Part shown: positions 38,285 to 50,444 of the stretch, in pieces
How positions within the stretch are numbered: position 1 is the first letter of the stretch
How the letters are laid out: each line of letters begins with the position of its first letter
Assembly: GCA_013239625.1 (NCBI GenBank)
Contig: MU053629.1
Span: forward strand, 282,676-346,675
DNA: 64,000 nucleotides
Direction: 5' to 3'
Origin: Lama guanicoe
Lineage: Eukaryota
Made by a program: the position numbers and the translations under genes
The notes under the pieces: model-generated
Seen by the model: only the letters and a program-made list of their open reading frames with translations
Told to the model about the DNA's origin: nothing
Databases searched by the model: none

Positions 38285-38680
38285 ACTATGTAACAAATTA
38301 CCCCTTCACTCCCAGGTTTACAACATTTATTATCTCATGGTTTCTATCTGTCCAGAATCTGTGTGTGGCTTAGGTAGGTCCTCTGTCATCAAGGCGTTAG
38401 GGCTGCAGAATTTTCAGGACTCAACTGGGAAGGTATCTCCTCCCAAGCTCATACATGAGGCTCTTGGCAAGATCTAGTTCTCATGGGCTGTGGGCCAGTG
38501 GCCACCTTCAGTTTCCTGCCACATGGACTTCTCCATAGGACAGCTCACAGGGATGATATCAGAGCCAGCCAGGGAAAGACAGCACTAGCAAGACAGAAGT
38601 CACAGTCTATTGTAACCTATTCTTAGAAGTGACATGTCACCACCTTTACAGCATGTTATTCGTTAGAAGCAAGTCAAGTA
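38285..38680 (-). mobile_element. MaLR MLT1-type LTR
   Basis: tgtaacaaattaccc...cctgccacatggacttctccatagg...gaagtgacatgtcaccacc...ttcgttagaagcaagtca. Confidence 0.8.
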
Positions 38681-40746
38681 TAGTGATTGAGAAACACTGA
38701 GAGAGAGAAATAGAAAGAATTTCTATTGGGATAACACCAAACTCATAGCCCAAACAAAATCTTTATTTTTTAAAGTTGTACCAAATCCATTTTAACTCTA
38801 TTATCAAAGTAGAGTGTATTATCAAATCCACCTTAACTCCGATGTGTGATCTTCAGCTACAGCCTGAAACCCCGCTTTCTGATCACTCTGCTAGAAGTCC
38901 AGCCCTGAGCCACGCAGTGAAATGGCAGCGTCTTTGGGAATGTGGCCACCCCTTTGCCTCTTGGCGGCCCCTCTCTTCCACCCACTGCCTGTGTGTCCTC
39001 TCCATTCCTCTCCTCCTTCTGAACCCCTTCTCAGGACAGTCCCTGATCTTGTACTTGGGCTGACCTGACACCCGGCCCGGGCCGTTGCTGGCTCTCTCAT
39101 GCTCACCCTTTGGCCTGTGAACAGCGAAGGACGCTTCCTGTAGGTGGCCGTCCTCCTGGTCCGATATGTCTTCCACACTGCATTTCCTCACTTTTCTGCC
39201 TAGTTTGGGCCCACACCTGGGCCCTTTGTCCTGTCCACAGCATCCAGGTTTTGGACAGTTTAACCTGGCATCTGTATTAGCAGGGTCCAGTTGGGAAATC
39301 TGCACCTGCTCTACATATTTCATGCAGAGAGCTGGCTGCAAGGGTATTGAGGGGGTAGGGAGGGCAGAGAGAGAAGGGATGACCCAGACGTCGGGATGCT
39401 GGAGCCCACTGACCCCAACCACTGCCACTGATGGAGCTGCTCGTCACCCTGGATGGGAGCCAGGAACCTACACTCCTGTCACTGCTAATGCTGCCAGAGG
39501 CCCCGCCAAGGGTGAGAGACGGTGCAGGCTGGTTTCTTCTGCTTTTGGCTACTTCCAAGAGGTAGACTCCCACCAAGAGCAGCTGGCAGGACACTCTGGG
39601 AAATGCAGTCAGAACACTGCCCCTGCCGCTGATGCCGCCCCCAGACCTGCCAGGCTGAAGACCCCTCAGAAGGTTGGGACTGGAGCTGGCGGCCCCCACA
39701 CAAAGCCACACAGCATCCTTCCAGACACAGGACCTGCCATCTGGCCCTTGGCCCTTTGCCTTAGCTGTTCAGAGAGCACCCTCCAGTCAGCCTCTCACCT
39801 GCAGAGGGTTTCAATGTTAACAAAGACCAAAGAAAAGAGAGGAATGAGAGGCACACCTGCACTGGAGGGGCAGGCTCAGGGCTCACCCAGAGCTCTGAAC
39901 TTGGGAAAGGCTGGCCTTACTCTGAGACTGGTACCCTGAGACAGGAGTTGGGGTGGAAACACTCCTGTTTCTGTGGCCAGAAATATCTGTGCTTTGTTTT
40001 TGTTTCCTTAGCCGCCTTTCGGTTTGGCTTCCATACATTTTTTCAGTTTCAATTCTTTCTATATTTCCTAGGAGATGTGGTAGAAATACTTGACTCTGGC
40101 ATTACACAAAACAGGAAATTGCATTTCACAGGATTTGATTATCTCTGGTTCCCATTTGGTCCTGGTGTGCTTCTAAGTCGAATGTCTGCCTTTGCACAAG
40201 TGGCAACTTTAGCAGTGATTCAGAGATATTTATTGAAAGTCTGCTACTAGCTTGACCCTGGATAACGAAGTGAAAAAAGAAGAAGGAAGCGTCCCAGTCC
40301 TCGCCTTTAAGTAGCTTATGGTTTTATTAAGGAGGGATGCTTATGCACATGTACTTTCAGGAAAGAAAAAGGTGGAGGAAGTTCTACAGTGTTACAGTCT
40401 GTGGTATTCACCGAGGGTTTCAGTTTAGAAGAGCTACGTTTCTCTCTAAAGAAGGGATTATATTCAGAAGGCAAAGGAGAAAGATAGGTGAGATCCTAGC
40501 ATGGGAAACTGATAGCAAAGGCGAGAAATGAATAGGTATGTGTGGGGAGGCAGTAAGATGGCTTAGCTGGATAGGAAAACATGGGTAATATTGTGGAGGG
40601 TCTCGAACATCTTTTGAGGAAACTGAACTTGATTCTCTAGCAGCCAACATATGGCCATGAAAAAAATGACAATTACAAGCCATCTTGTCAACATCCTGGT
40701 TCTACAGAATTAAAATATATAAGCAGCCTTAAAGATGCACTATCTT

Positions 40747-40847
40747 GGGGGCTGGGTATAGCTCAGTGGTAGAGCCTACGCTGAGCATGTGCAGGGTCCT
40801 GGGTTTAACCCCCAGTACCTCCATTAAAAAATCAAAAATCAAAAATA
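40747..40847 (+). mobile_element. vic-1-like SINE (short form)
   Basis: TSD aaagatgcactatctt/aaagatgcaatgtctt (40731-40746, 40848-40863). Confidence 0.92.
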
Positions 40848-41386
40848 AAAGATGCAATGTCTTAATAAACATGACTCAAGTAATAAATTTAATTTCATAA
40901 GCCTGGTAATTATATTTTTATAAAATACAGACTCATTGGTTATCAGGTGGAAAACATTTTATCATACATCTCAATGTATTTTTTTCTCCTAAAAGAGAAA
41001 GTAGAAATATCCCTCACCATTCTAACCCATTTGATTCCTGCCTTTGGAAAGTACATCAAGATAGAGAGGGATACTGTGATATTTCAATCTGTTTGATTCC
41101 CGAGTTCCTGAGTTAGGAAAGTACATTTACTTTGAGCCCTAACTCAAAAAAAAAAAAAAAAAAAGGATGCTTGTCTATTGAGTGCTTGGATTTGTAGTGT
41201 TAGGAGAGCAAGGGAGGTCTGGGCCAGATTTTCCAGGGCTCCCTCTCCGTCTTCTGCCCTCCCCCTGGCTCCTAGAGTCTGATCCAGTCTGCCAGAGTCA
41301 ACACTCAGGGCTCCAGGCCAGGTCAGCATCTTTTACCACCTGCTCTTGGGTGAGGACGCTGGTTATGAAGCCTTGACGCCCAGCCC

Positions 41387-41457
41387 TACACACACACACA
41401 CACACACACACGTTTTCAACACTCTCACACACACACACGTTTTCAACTATCTCACAC

Positions 41458-41488
<31 letters not shown>

Positions 41489-41495
41489 TCAACTC
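41387..41495. repeat. Compound repeat [(CA)n-CGTTTTCAAC] x3
   Basis: Directly visible. Confidence 0.95.
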
Positions 41496-42218
41496 AGAGA
41501 AAGGTCCCTCTAGTGGCCAATCTGTATAATACCCAGTGGAACAGGATGCCCCTGGAAGGCTGGTACCTGGCAGTGGCTGCTCTTTTGGTTTTCTGACAGG
41601 AAGGGGATGCAATGAAGAGGCTGGCTTCAGACAGACTGTGAAGGGGTTTCTGGCTGGACTAAAGACGTTGAGCTTTGCTTTATGGGCAATGTGAGACGTT
41701 GGGCAACACAAGTGTTAAAGGAGGGGGGGGACAAGTGACCAGTTCTCCATTTTATAAAGGCAGCGCTTGCCCTCAGCACTTGGGTAACTATCAGAGCATA
41801 AATGATGAAAATGAAACAGCTAGCTTAAGAAATAAAAAACTGAAATAAATTAAAACCTCGTCGCGTGTGCTTGGCTCGGGGCTAAGCCGAAGACAGGAAC
41901 TGCCATTGCTTTGCTGGCTGAGGGAGGTGAGCACAGAAATCAGCCCTCAGCAAGCCTGCCCTCCTCACCGCCTCCTGCTCCACCTTCTGCATCACGAGGG
42001 ACAGATACCCCCACCAAAGCTCCCCACACTTTGGCACTGGGAAAGTCTATTAAAACAAAGCTCAAGAACCCCTGGAAAGGGAAGAAAAGAGGCAGTTATC
42101 ACCAAAAGACACCTTGAAGACTGCATCAGTTACGATTAAGTTTGACTCTGGATAAGAATTTCAAAATAACAGTGATTTCAGCAGACAAAAATTTCTTTTC
42201 CCTCCTTACGTAAAAGCA

Positions 42219-42530
42219 CAGTGGTTGGCAAACATTTTCTGTAAAGGATCAGATAGTAAATAGTTCTGGCTTTGCTGGCCATACTACTACTCAGGTCTGC
42301 CATTGTAGAGTGAAAGTAACCACAGACAATGTGTAACCGCATGAGCGTGGTGTATTTTAATACGACTTTATTTCTGGACACTGAAATTTGAGTTGCATAT
42401 AATTTTCACATGTCATAAAGTATTATTATTCTTTGAATTTTTTTCAACCATTTAAAAATATAAAAACTGTTCTCATCTCATCTGGTGGGCCAGATTTGAC
42501 CCAAAGGCTATGGTTTACCTAACCGCTGCC
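42219..42530. mobile_element. MER58B-like hAT-Charlie element
   Basis: cagtggttggcaaacattttctgtaaagg..cagatagtaaata...ggtgggccagatttgaccc. Confidence 0.85.
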
Positions 42531-42624
42531 CTAAAAGATGAAGATGTAGGATAATCATTATAAATGATAATAGAGATGTCATATACAAATGACTGGGTCT
42601 GGCACACAGCTCAGCCCCGCACAC

Positions 42625-43700
42625 CGTCCTCACAATAACCCCATGATTAGGTTGCTTACGAGCCTGACTTTATAGATGAGAAACTGAGGCCCAGAGATGC
42701 TAACTAACTTGGCCAAGATAACAGAGCTAGCAAGAGTTTCGGGAGAAGAATGGAGAGTACAAGCAGGGGACACCCTGCAGCGTGGCTCACTGGCTGGATG
42801 CTGGAAGAGGACACAGAGGCAGGTGCCTGCCCAGAGGACCATGGAGGTTAAGGGTAGACTCTGGAGTGAGACCCAGGTTCAAATCCTCACCCCACCATCC
42901 AGTAGCTGTATGGACTTAAAGAAGTGACAGGACTTCCCTGAACTTTATTTCTCTCAGCTGAAAAATGAGGACAATGACATCACCTGTTTTGTGGAGTTGC
43001 GGGGAGGATATGTGTGAAGTGCTTGGCCTGTGTCAGGCGTGGGGTCACGTGATTTTTAAATACAGGCCCAGGAGTTTACTGTGGGATGAGGGCCAAGCAG
43101 CGTCTGGACCATCTGGAGGCAGGAGAAAAGGGGCTTTGGGGATAGCGTTGCTACTTCAGAAAGGATTCAAATACCAAAACAGAAGCCTTTTGGCCTTGGC
43201 TGGCAGGGAGGAAAGGGCCAGGGCACCTGAACCTGCCTTTTTGAGCCCCCATCATTCTCTCTGCTAGGGGTCAGGAGGGTTGCAGAGGAGCAGGGCAAAT
43301 GGACCCTGCCCATGGGAGCTGCCTGTCTGTGGAAGGATATAGTTTTGAAAACTTAGAGAGATGCCTGCAGCAGTACTTCATCATCTACTGCCTCCAGCCC
43401 TGTTCAGTCACAATCACAAAAACCCTGTTCAGGATATGAAACCCCCTACCTATAGCAGGCAGGACCCTGGGAGCGCCTGCTCCTTCAACAGGAGAACAAT
43501 TCTTGAGAACAATTCTATTAAGCACTTGTTGAGTGAAGGCACTGTCCTAGATGGGATTTGCACACTCCGTTCATTCTTTTCAAAAATTCCTCAGGGAGGT
43601 ACTGTCAGCCCCAATTTGCAGACGAGAAAACTGAGGCACAGAGCAGTTAAGACACTCTCCCAAAGTCACCCAGCAGAGGATTATAGCCCAAGCTTCCCAC
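42625..43700. mobile_element. Cluster of MIR fragments (~42625-42745, 42840-43040, 43510-43700)
   Basis: MIR core ttatagatgagaaactgaggcccagaga; cccaggttcaaatcc; other MIRs near 6400, 26400, 46750, 49050, 50350, 57800, 59650. Confidence 0.75.
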
Positions 43701-43734
43701 GCAGAGCCCACCTTCTCACACCCTATATAAGCTA

Positions 43735-43910
43735 TTGATTTGAGCTTCATTACACAACAGAACCCCTGGGCAGCTGGTTAAAAACATACAAACCTGGGTC
43801 CCATCACCCAGAGATTGTGATTCAGCAGGTGAGAAGAGCAGCCCAGGAATATGCGTGTTTACCAAATACCCTGGGTGATCCTGGAGCACTCTCAAGTTTG
43901 AGAAGCACCC
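43735..43910. mobile_element. MER5A-like MITE
   Basis: cctgggtcccatcacccagagattgtgattcagcagg...caagtttgagaagcac. Confidence 0.7.
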
Positions 43911-43929
43911 CTCTGTGGTGGTGGAGACC

Positions 43930-45600
43930 CTCGAATCGTGGTGCGAACAGGAGCCAGCTGCAGAGGCCTAGACCGCGATGCGGCTTCAGGAGTATCACAA
44001 AACAGATGCTGATTTCGTTTTTTTTTACTTTTGTTTAAAACGAATTCAACGAAACGGAGAGTAAACGCATCTATAACTGAAAGGAAACCCGATCTTAACA
44101 GGCTCTTGAGCCAGGGGTGGGAGCAAGGAGGCCCACAGGTCAGCCGTTCGGGAAGGAAGGCGTGCTGTTCCTTCTCAGCTGCGGGCGCCCCAGAGCGCTG
44201 AGGCCGTCAACTGTCCCCGCCCGCAGGGAGAGGCGCGGCGCGGCGAGCGCGCGGCGGGCCTGGGAGCCCCGCCCCTCAGGTGGGGGCGTGGCCTGAGCGC
44301 GGGCCTCCGCGGGAGGACCAGACGCGGCTTCGCTAAACCAGGCTGCAGGCTCGCCCACTAAAGCAGAACCTAAGTCGTGCACCTCACCAAAGATTCTGAG
44401 TCCCGGACTGACGTCCACTGGGTTCCACCTGATGCCTTGCCTCCCTCAGAGACAGCCCCTTGCTTCTGCAGAGCCCGTCCAGTCCAGGCGGGGAGGGCCC
44501 GTTTGCTCCAGCCCCCCTGCCCCATGCCTCCCTGTCACCCCCGGCTCGCCTCTTCTGTGCCTCAGACGTGCTTAAAGAGGTTCAAAGAAGAAGCATTTTT
44601 AAAAGTTGGCACCACGAGGAAAGTCAGCCTCCCTCTGAGGAGGATTAGCGGTACCTGTCTCTGTGGAGTTGTCCGACGAACCTCCGTCCGCCCGAAGTCT
44701 CCTCACGGCAGGCCCGCTTCCGGGAGCTGCCAGACTGACGGCGGGAAAAGCCCGGCCTCCGTGCGGCACCCAGGTGGGCGCGGGGCCCGGGGTGCGGACG
44801 GAGACGTGGGGGCGGGGCGGGGGGGCCGAGGGTCCCCGCAGGACGGGCGCTCAGGGGCAGAGGGCCTCCTGGCTGGTTTCGGGAATGGGGCCAAGAGCCG
44901 CCTCAGGGTAATGGCGAGGGCAGGGACACGGGCGACGGCAGCTTGAGCGGGGGACGTGGACTCCTGAAACCGGGACGGCCCGCCTGTGGTAGAGCTGAGC
45001 CTTCGGGCGTGCGGGCGCGGGTCCGGGGGACGCTGGGGTGCGCCCCGCCTGGCTTGTCCCGGGAGCGAGGGTAGAAGAACGGAGCAGTTGTTTCCCGGTC
45101 TCAGTGGAGGACTGGGTGGTGTCCCTCCTCCCTCTTCCTCGGGGGCCCGAGGCCCTGTTCTCTCTGGAAGGAGGCAGGGAGGCAGTTAAATGCCTGGGGC
45201 TAGAAAAGCTGCCGGAGAAACAAGTGGGGAAACATGGAGGCTGAGAGGCGGTAGGGCAGAGAGAGAGACCAGGAAAATAAGAGCAGAGAAGGAGAGCACA
45301 AAGGACAGGGAGATGGGGACCGACGCAGCGAAAAGGAGAAGGGGCCGGGACGGGTTAGACCCGCGGTGCCCGCCGCGCGCGTGTCCGCGTGGCGCTGCGC
45401 TTCCCGCCGCGCGTGGGGACCGCAGTCCGGCGCCGAGAGCCTTGGTCCTGGGACGCGGGGCGCGGCCGGAAGGGCGGCCGCCCCCTCGCCCGTCACGCTC
45501 CGCACGTTCGTGGGGAACGTGGTACTAAACCATTTCGGGGCGACCTGCTTTGGGGGGGTGGGGGTCGTACGTAGCAGAGCGGCTCCCTCGCTGCCATCTA
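43930..45600. promoter_or_regulatory. CpG island 2, candidate (possibly bidirectional) promoter
   Basis: Dense CpG; ETS cttccgg 44717-44723; tgacg plus E2F-type ggcgggaaa 44736-44748; GC boxes/G-runs 44808-44825; outward-facing splice donors at 44654 (-) and 44774/44908 (+). Confidence 0.75.
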
Positions 45601-45711
45601 TTGAAAATCAGCCGTTGGCACAAGGGTTTGCAGAAAAAAAGGAGGAGGAGGAGGAATTGAAAAAAGGAAAAAAATATATTAAAAAAGAAAGAAAAATTAA
45701 AGAAAGAGAAA
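45400..45711 (+). pseudogene. Retroposed 28S rRNA 3'-end fragment with A-rich tail (SINE28/LSU-rRNA-type)
   Basis: ggcggccgccccctcgcccgtcacgc..cgcacgttcgtggggaac..ctaaaccatt..cgacctgctt..tcgtacgtagcagagc.gctccctcgctgc.atctattgaaa.tcagcc..cacaagggtttg matches the mammalian 28S 3' terminus (roughly 85% by eye against recalled human sequence); ends at 45630, tail 45632-45711; 5' limit ~45360-45400. Confidence 0.93.
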
Positions 45712-46417
45712 GCAAGGCGATCAGAGTCACAATCTGACTCTCCTTCTATGTGGTCTCGCCGTGGGCTCTTTGGCCTCGCAGCGGCTTCCTTGGGAAAAGT
45801 CTGCCCTGGGCCAGAAGGGAGGGTCTTCCACAGATGGTGGAGGGATGTGCGGAGGCTGCTGGAATGTAGGACTAAGAGGCCCTTGCAGTCGGGGGCAATG
45901 GAGAAGGGGCTGAGACAATCCGTCCTCTCTCATGGTGGAGGCCAGGGGACCCATGTGCAATAGGGGTGACAGCACCTACCCCTAGGGGGACGGAAGATGG
46001 CGTAGTCACCTCAGCAGCAGTGCCGAAGGTTCGTTCCAAGAATAATGATGAGGGACTGCACCACTGAGGAGTTCGTAGGGACAGCAAGGTGTCCATCTCA
46101 GGGGTATTTACGTGGTGGAGTCCTTGCAGCTTGATTGACCAGCTGTAGAGGGAAAGGGAAAAAGGAAAACCAAAATCTATACCTGGGTTTCTATTTTGAG
46201 TAATGGGTGGATGATCATGCCATCAACTAACAGGGGATAAAGGAAATGCAGATTTTATGAGGAAGTCACTTCTGTTGTGCTATTCGTTTTTGTGCAGAAA
46301 ACAATAACTGGCCAATAAACATGGGAATATGCTCAACTCCACTATTAACCAAAGAACAGAAGTTAAAACAAGATCATTTTCTTATCAAACTCACAAAGAT
46401 ATAAGATTCAGAAATAT

Positions 46418-46515
46418 GGGGGTATAGCTCAGTGGTAGAGCACATGCTTACCATGCACGAGGTCCTACGTTCAATCCCCAGCACTGCCATTTAAAAAAGA
46501 GAAAGAAAGAAAAGT
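46418..46515 (+). mobile_element. vic-1-like SINE (short form) inside an old L1 fragment
   Basis: TSD agaaatat (46410-46417, 46516-46523). Confidence 0.9.
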
Positions 46516-47806
46516 AGAAATATTCAATATTGGCAGGGACATTGGCCATAGGAGCTCTCATGTGTTTTTGATGGGGGTATAATTTGTACAGTCATTTTTG
46601 TGGGCAATTTGGAAAGATGTATTAAAATGTTTAATGTGCTTTCTATTTGACTCTATCAGTCAACTTGAAATCATCTTTCAACAGCTTGCAAAAATAAAAG
46701 CTATGCACTGGAACATTGTATTAGCAAGAACACCCTAGTTGCTTCACTTTCCAGTTGTGTGATTTGGGGCAAATTACTTAACCTGCCTGTGGTCAGTTTC
46801 CTTATTTGTACAGTTGGAAATAATAGTGCTTACATCATTAACTGGTTAGGAGGATTAAAAGAAATAATGCAAACCAAGTGCTTAGCACGGTGCCTGAATC
46901 ACTGTCCAGCTGTGTAGCAAGCACATTCCCAGTGATAATGGGAATTCTGATGGCACATTGCTGGGAGGTCTGCTAGCATGGAAGCGAGTGGGCACAGGGA
47001 GAGCACTGCAGAGAAGCTGAAAGTCCAGAGCAGACAGAAAAGAAGATGAGTCTGTTTGAGAAGTGTATACCTCAATCACAGGAGAGAAGGAAGCAGGAGG
47101 CTCAGAACTGGCCTGGAAAGACCCGTAATAGTGGTTGGTGAAGGTGTCAACCAAAGAGCCCCAAGATTCCTGCTGAAAGTTACCAGCCTGGCAGGAGCCC
47201 TAGAGTCTCAGAGAGAACTCTTTGGTGCTCCCCTGCTGCACAAGTATGTCTGGACTTCCAGAACAAGCAGGGGTAGGGAGTGAGAGGGGCAAAGGACTGG
47301 AGCAGAGCCTTTCCATCTTGGTTGACATAGTGATGGGAATGTGGTTGAATAGTTCTAGGGTGACCCAGCCCCGCTCAGAGCCTCAGGCTTATCTGTGGGA
47401 ACTGGTCTTCAGTGTCCTGTACCTGACTATTCTCAGAGCTGTGCCTCACAGGTTAATTCACTGTCCCTACTCGAATCAGTCTCAGCTCCTTTGCATCCTA
47501 TCTGCCTACTTTTCATACTGTCACTGGGTCACTGGTCATGGGCTCAGAACTTGAATGATGTCCTGGGTCTGAGATGCCCAGGCATCCATGCTGTGGGGCA
47601 TCTAGAATGGAGTTTAAGAGTGAGCAGAGACCTTTATATTTATTTATATTATAAAACATATTTTGTGTGCCCAGAGTAGTTCTTGAACTTTCACTTTCCC
47701 AAAGGCCTATGTTTGGGGATTCCAAAGTATCCCTGACATGCACATTAAATAATTACTTATTAATTCACATCTATATGCAAATATATTTAATTCCTTTCCT
47801 TCCCCC

Positions 47807-48028
47807 TTAGAGTTAGGGATTTGCAGATATTAACTACTATACATAAAATAGATAAACAACAAGGTCCTACTGTATAGCACAGGCAACTACATTCAATACC
47901 TCGTAATAGCCTATAATGAAAAATAATATGAAAAGGAATATATACATATTTACGTATAACTGAATCATTATGCTGTACAGCAGAAATAAACACATTGTAA
48001 AACAACTTCAATAAAAATAAATAAATAG
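47807..48028 (+). mobile_element. Short L1 3' end (cetartiodactyl type)
   Basis: tagataaacaacaaggtcctactgtatagcacagg...aactgaatcattatgctgtaca; A-rich tail. Confidence 0.85.
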
Positions 48029-49742
48029 CTCTAAGTTACCAAACCAATTTAAAAAAAAACACACAGTGAGAGATTTGATGAAGTGAGGGAGAAAAGGTCT
48101 CAGCTTGTTGATGAGATTGGGGTTTCCCAGCTGGCTATTGCAGGGCACTGGATCCCCAAAAGGGCAGACAGCGTCTCCAAGATACACCTGGCCAGCTCTA
48201 CAGGGTGGTCCAAGGCTGAAAGAATGTTGCAATCCCAGGGCCTGGTGTTAGGAGATCTACATTCCTGTCTCACCTTTGCAACTTAATAGCTCCATGAACC
48301 CTGAGTTCCCATCCCTAATCCTTTCTTCTCTCAGCCATAAAGAAGGGTCAGTCATGCCTGCCCCAACCTGTCTGTGTGTGGCTGTGCTTTGAAAACTATT
48401 CCCCCTGCCATAAATAAAATAAACAAGTACATTTTATTATCATTACTAGTGGAAATGTCCCTTGGGGACTGGCCTCAGATGGGTCAGTATGACTGAGGTG
48501 AGGGGCTGGCCCTGCAGCCTTGGCTGCATGTCTCTCCAAGCCACACACAGAAGCACTTAAAATGAGCCATTCATCTTTGCTGAGATCAAAACCTGAAAGA
48601 GAACAAGTTCAGCTGATAACAGCTTTCTTCAGGGAGTTTCAAATGAACAATGCAGGGCCTGCTGATGCTGGGATAAGGTGGACAGAGAGCTCTGGGCTCC
48701 TGCTTCCGGCCTAGGGAACAGAGCTGCCAGTGCTGGCAGCATAGGACCAAGCAGTCAGGCAAGTGGGACTGTTTTCTAACTGCTTACTCTTAGGCCTGTC
48801 CACAGAGCCCAGATCCACCCAAGAGCAGCCTCCCAGGCCCACCAAAGAGATGTGGGATGTGGCCTGCACCAGGGTAAAGCAGATGTCTGCTGGAGGTGGA
48901 CAGGATGTGTGGGTACCATAAAGGAAATATGAAGGACTGATTCTGCCCATGCAGAAGGGAGGGATGACTTGGACACAGCAAGGATGGTAGCCATTTCATA
49001 AGTGGAGATGTGATGTGGGCTGAAGGAGCCTTCATGAGAAGTCAAACCTGGTTCAAATGCCTCTTCTGCCATCTTCACCTGTCTCAACCTCAGTTTCCTT
49101 ATCTGCAAAAATAGAGATGAGACTACCAGTGCTCTCTGATCCGCAGTTGTGAAGAGTTCTTGGTATTAGGGAGCACTGTACAAATAGCACATCATTAATA
49201 ATGATGTGCTATTTGTATTAGTGATACATTATTAATGATTCAAGTGCTGGAGGGAGCACCTCGAGGAAGTGGGTTAAATAGCAATTTGATCATCATATGA
49301 AGTCTATCGATAAGTATTTCTGAAGAACTTTTGGTTGAAGAACATTTGCTTGGTTTTACTTCAACCTCACAGGAATCACAGAGCTCAGAACTGAGGAAAG
49401 ATGGCTTAATCATCTAATTCAAGCATCTTATTTTACAGGCAAGCCCACAGAGGCAGAGATTCCATCTGATTTCTCTTTGCTTTATGCGAAGCTCCTGGCA
49501 CAGACCACGTGATCAGTAAGTACTTGTGAGACAGAACTGAATTCATTCCACTGCCTAAAGTTTAGTCAGTGCAGGCTGGGACCCTGCTGCACTGCATCAG
49601 GAGACAGAAGGAGAGAAATGAAGGATCTGGGATTCAAGGGTGCAGGTGCTTTTTTAGCAATCCTCAAGTCTGTGGAATATTTAAGGTGCCTTTTAGATAA
49701 CAGAATTCAATTGCATTATCCTATAAGTAAAATAATACATAC

Positions 49743-49776
<34 letters not shown>

Positions 49777-50444
49777 TTTGGGGGGGTTCTTGGGGGTAGG
49801 GATGAGGAATGAATAAGGCAATCATAATTCTTGCTGCTTCCATATCCTAACTGTGAGTTTTCAGATATTTTGATTCAGAGGTAGTTTCTTCTCTTGCTGT
49901 TGGAAAGAAAAATCCCTCAGTTGAAAATTAAATAACTTCTTATGGAAATATGGCATATGTATGCATGCATGCATGTATGTATGTATATATCTATCCCACA
50001 TAATTTGCATTTTTTATGGTAAAGCATTACCCTTACTAGCTGCAAAATATACATAGGTTTTATTGCAGTGCTTCAACATCCCCTTGCTTAGCTAATTCCT
50101 CAAATGACCTAGATACATTTTGATCCCTGGATAGGGTTAGCATGCCGCTCTGGGGAAGGTTTCCACAGTAGAAATTATTCAGGAGATCTGGGCTGCTTGT
50201 CAAGAGTCTGCTGTTCTTTATTTACGGACCTTGGTTTTCTTGTTGAGGTTGGGGAGGCAGGGGATGTGGGAACTAGAGTTAATTTATGAACATGTATGTA
50301 AGTCTTGTTCTTGGACAGAAACTTTTCCAAGTACTTATAAATACTAATTTAATTGATTCTCATAACCACCCTAAGAATGACTATTATTATCCTTATTTTA
50401 TAGATGAGGCTAAATCATTTGTCCAAATTCTGTAAGAATTTAGT

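Noticed and set aside
39166..39939. Longest ORF (257 aa) and overlapping minus-strand ORFs
   Set aside because: No recognisable domain, composition typical of GC-rich non-coding DNA, open frames on both strands, no convincing exon boundaries
41387..41495. CRISPR-like repeat-spacer pattern
   Set aside because: The repeat is only 10 bp, the spacers are (CA)n, and the context is eukaryotic
45400..45630. Functional rRNA gene or rDNA unit
   Set aside because: Only the 3' terminus is present, diverged, and followed by an A-rich tail rather than 3'ETS; no confident TSD was found either
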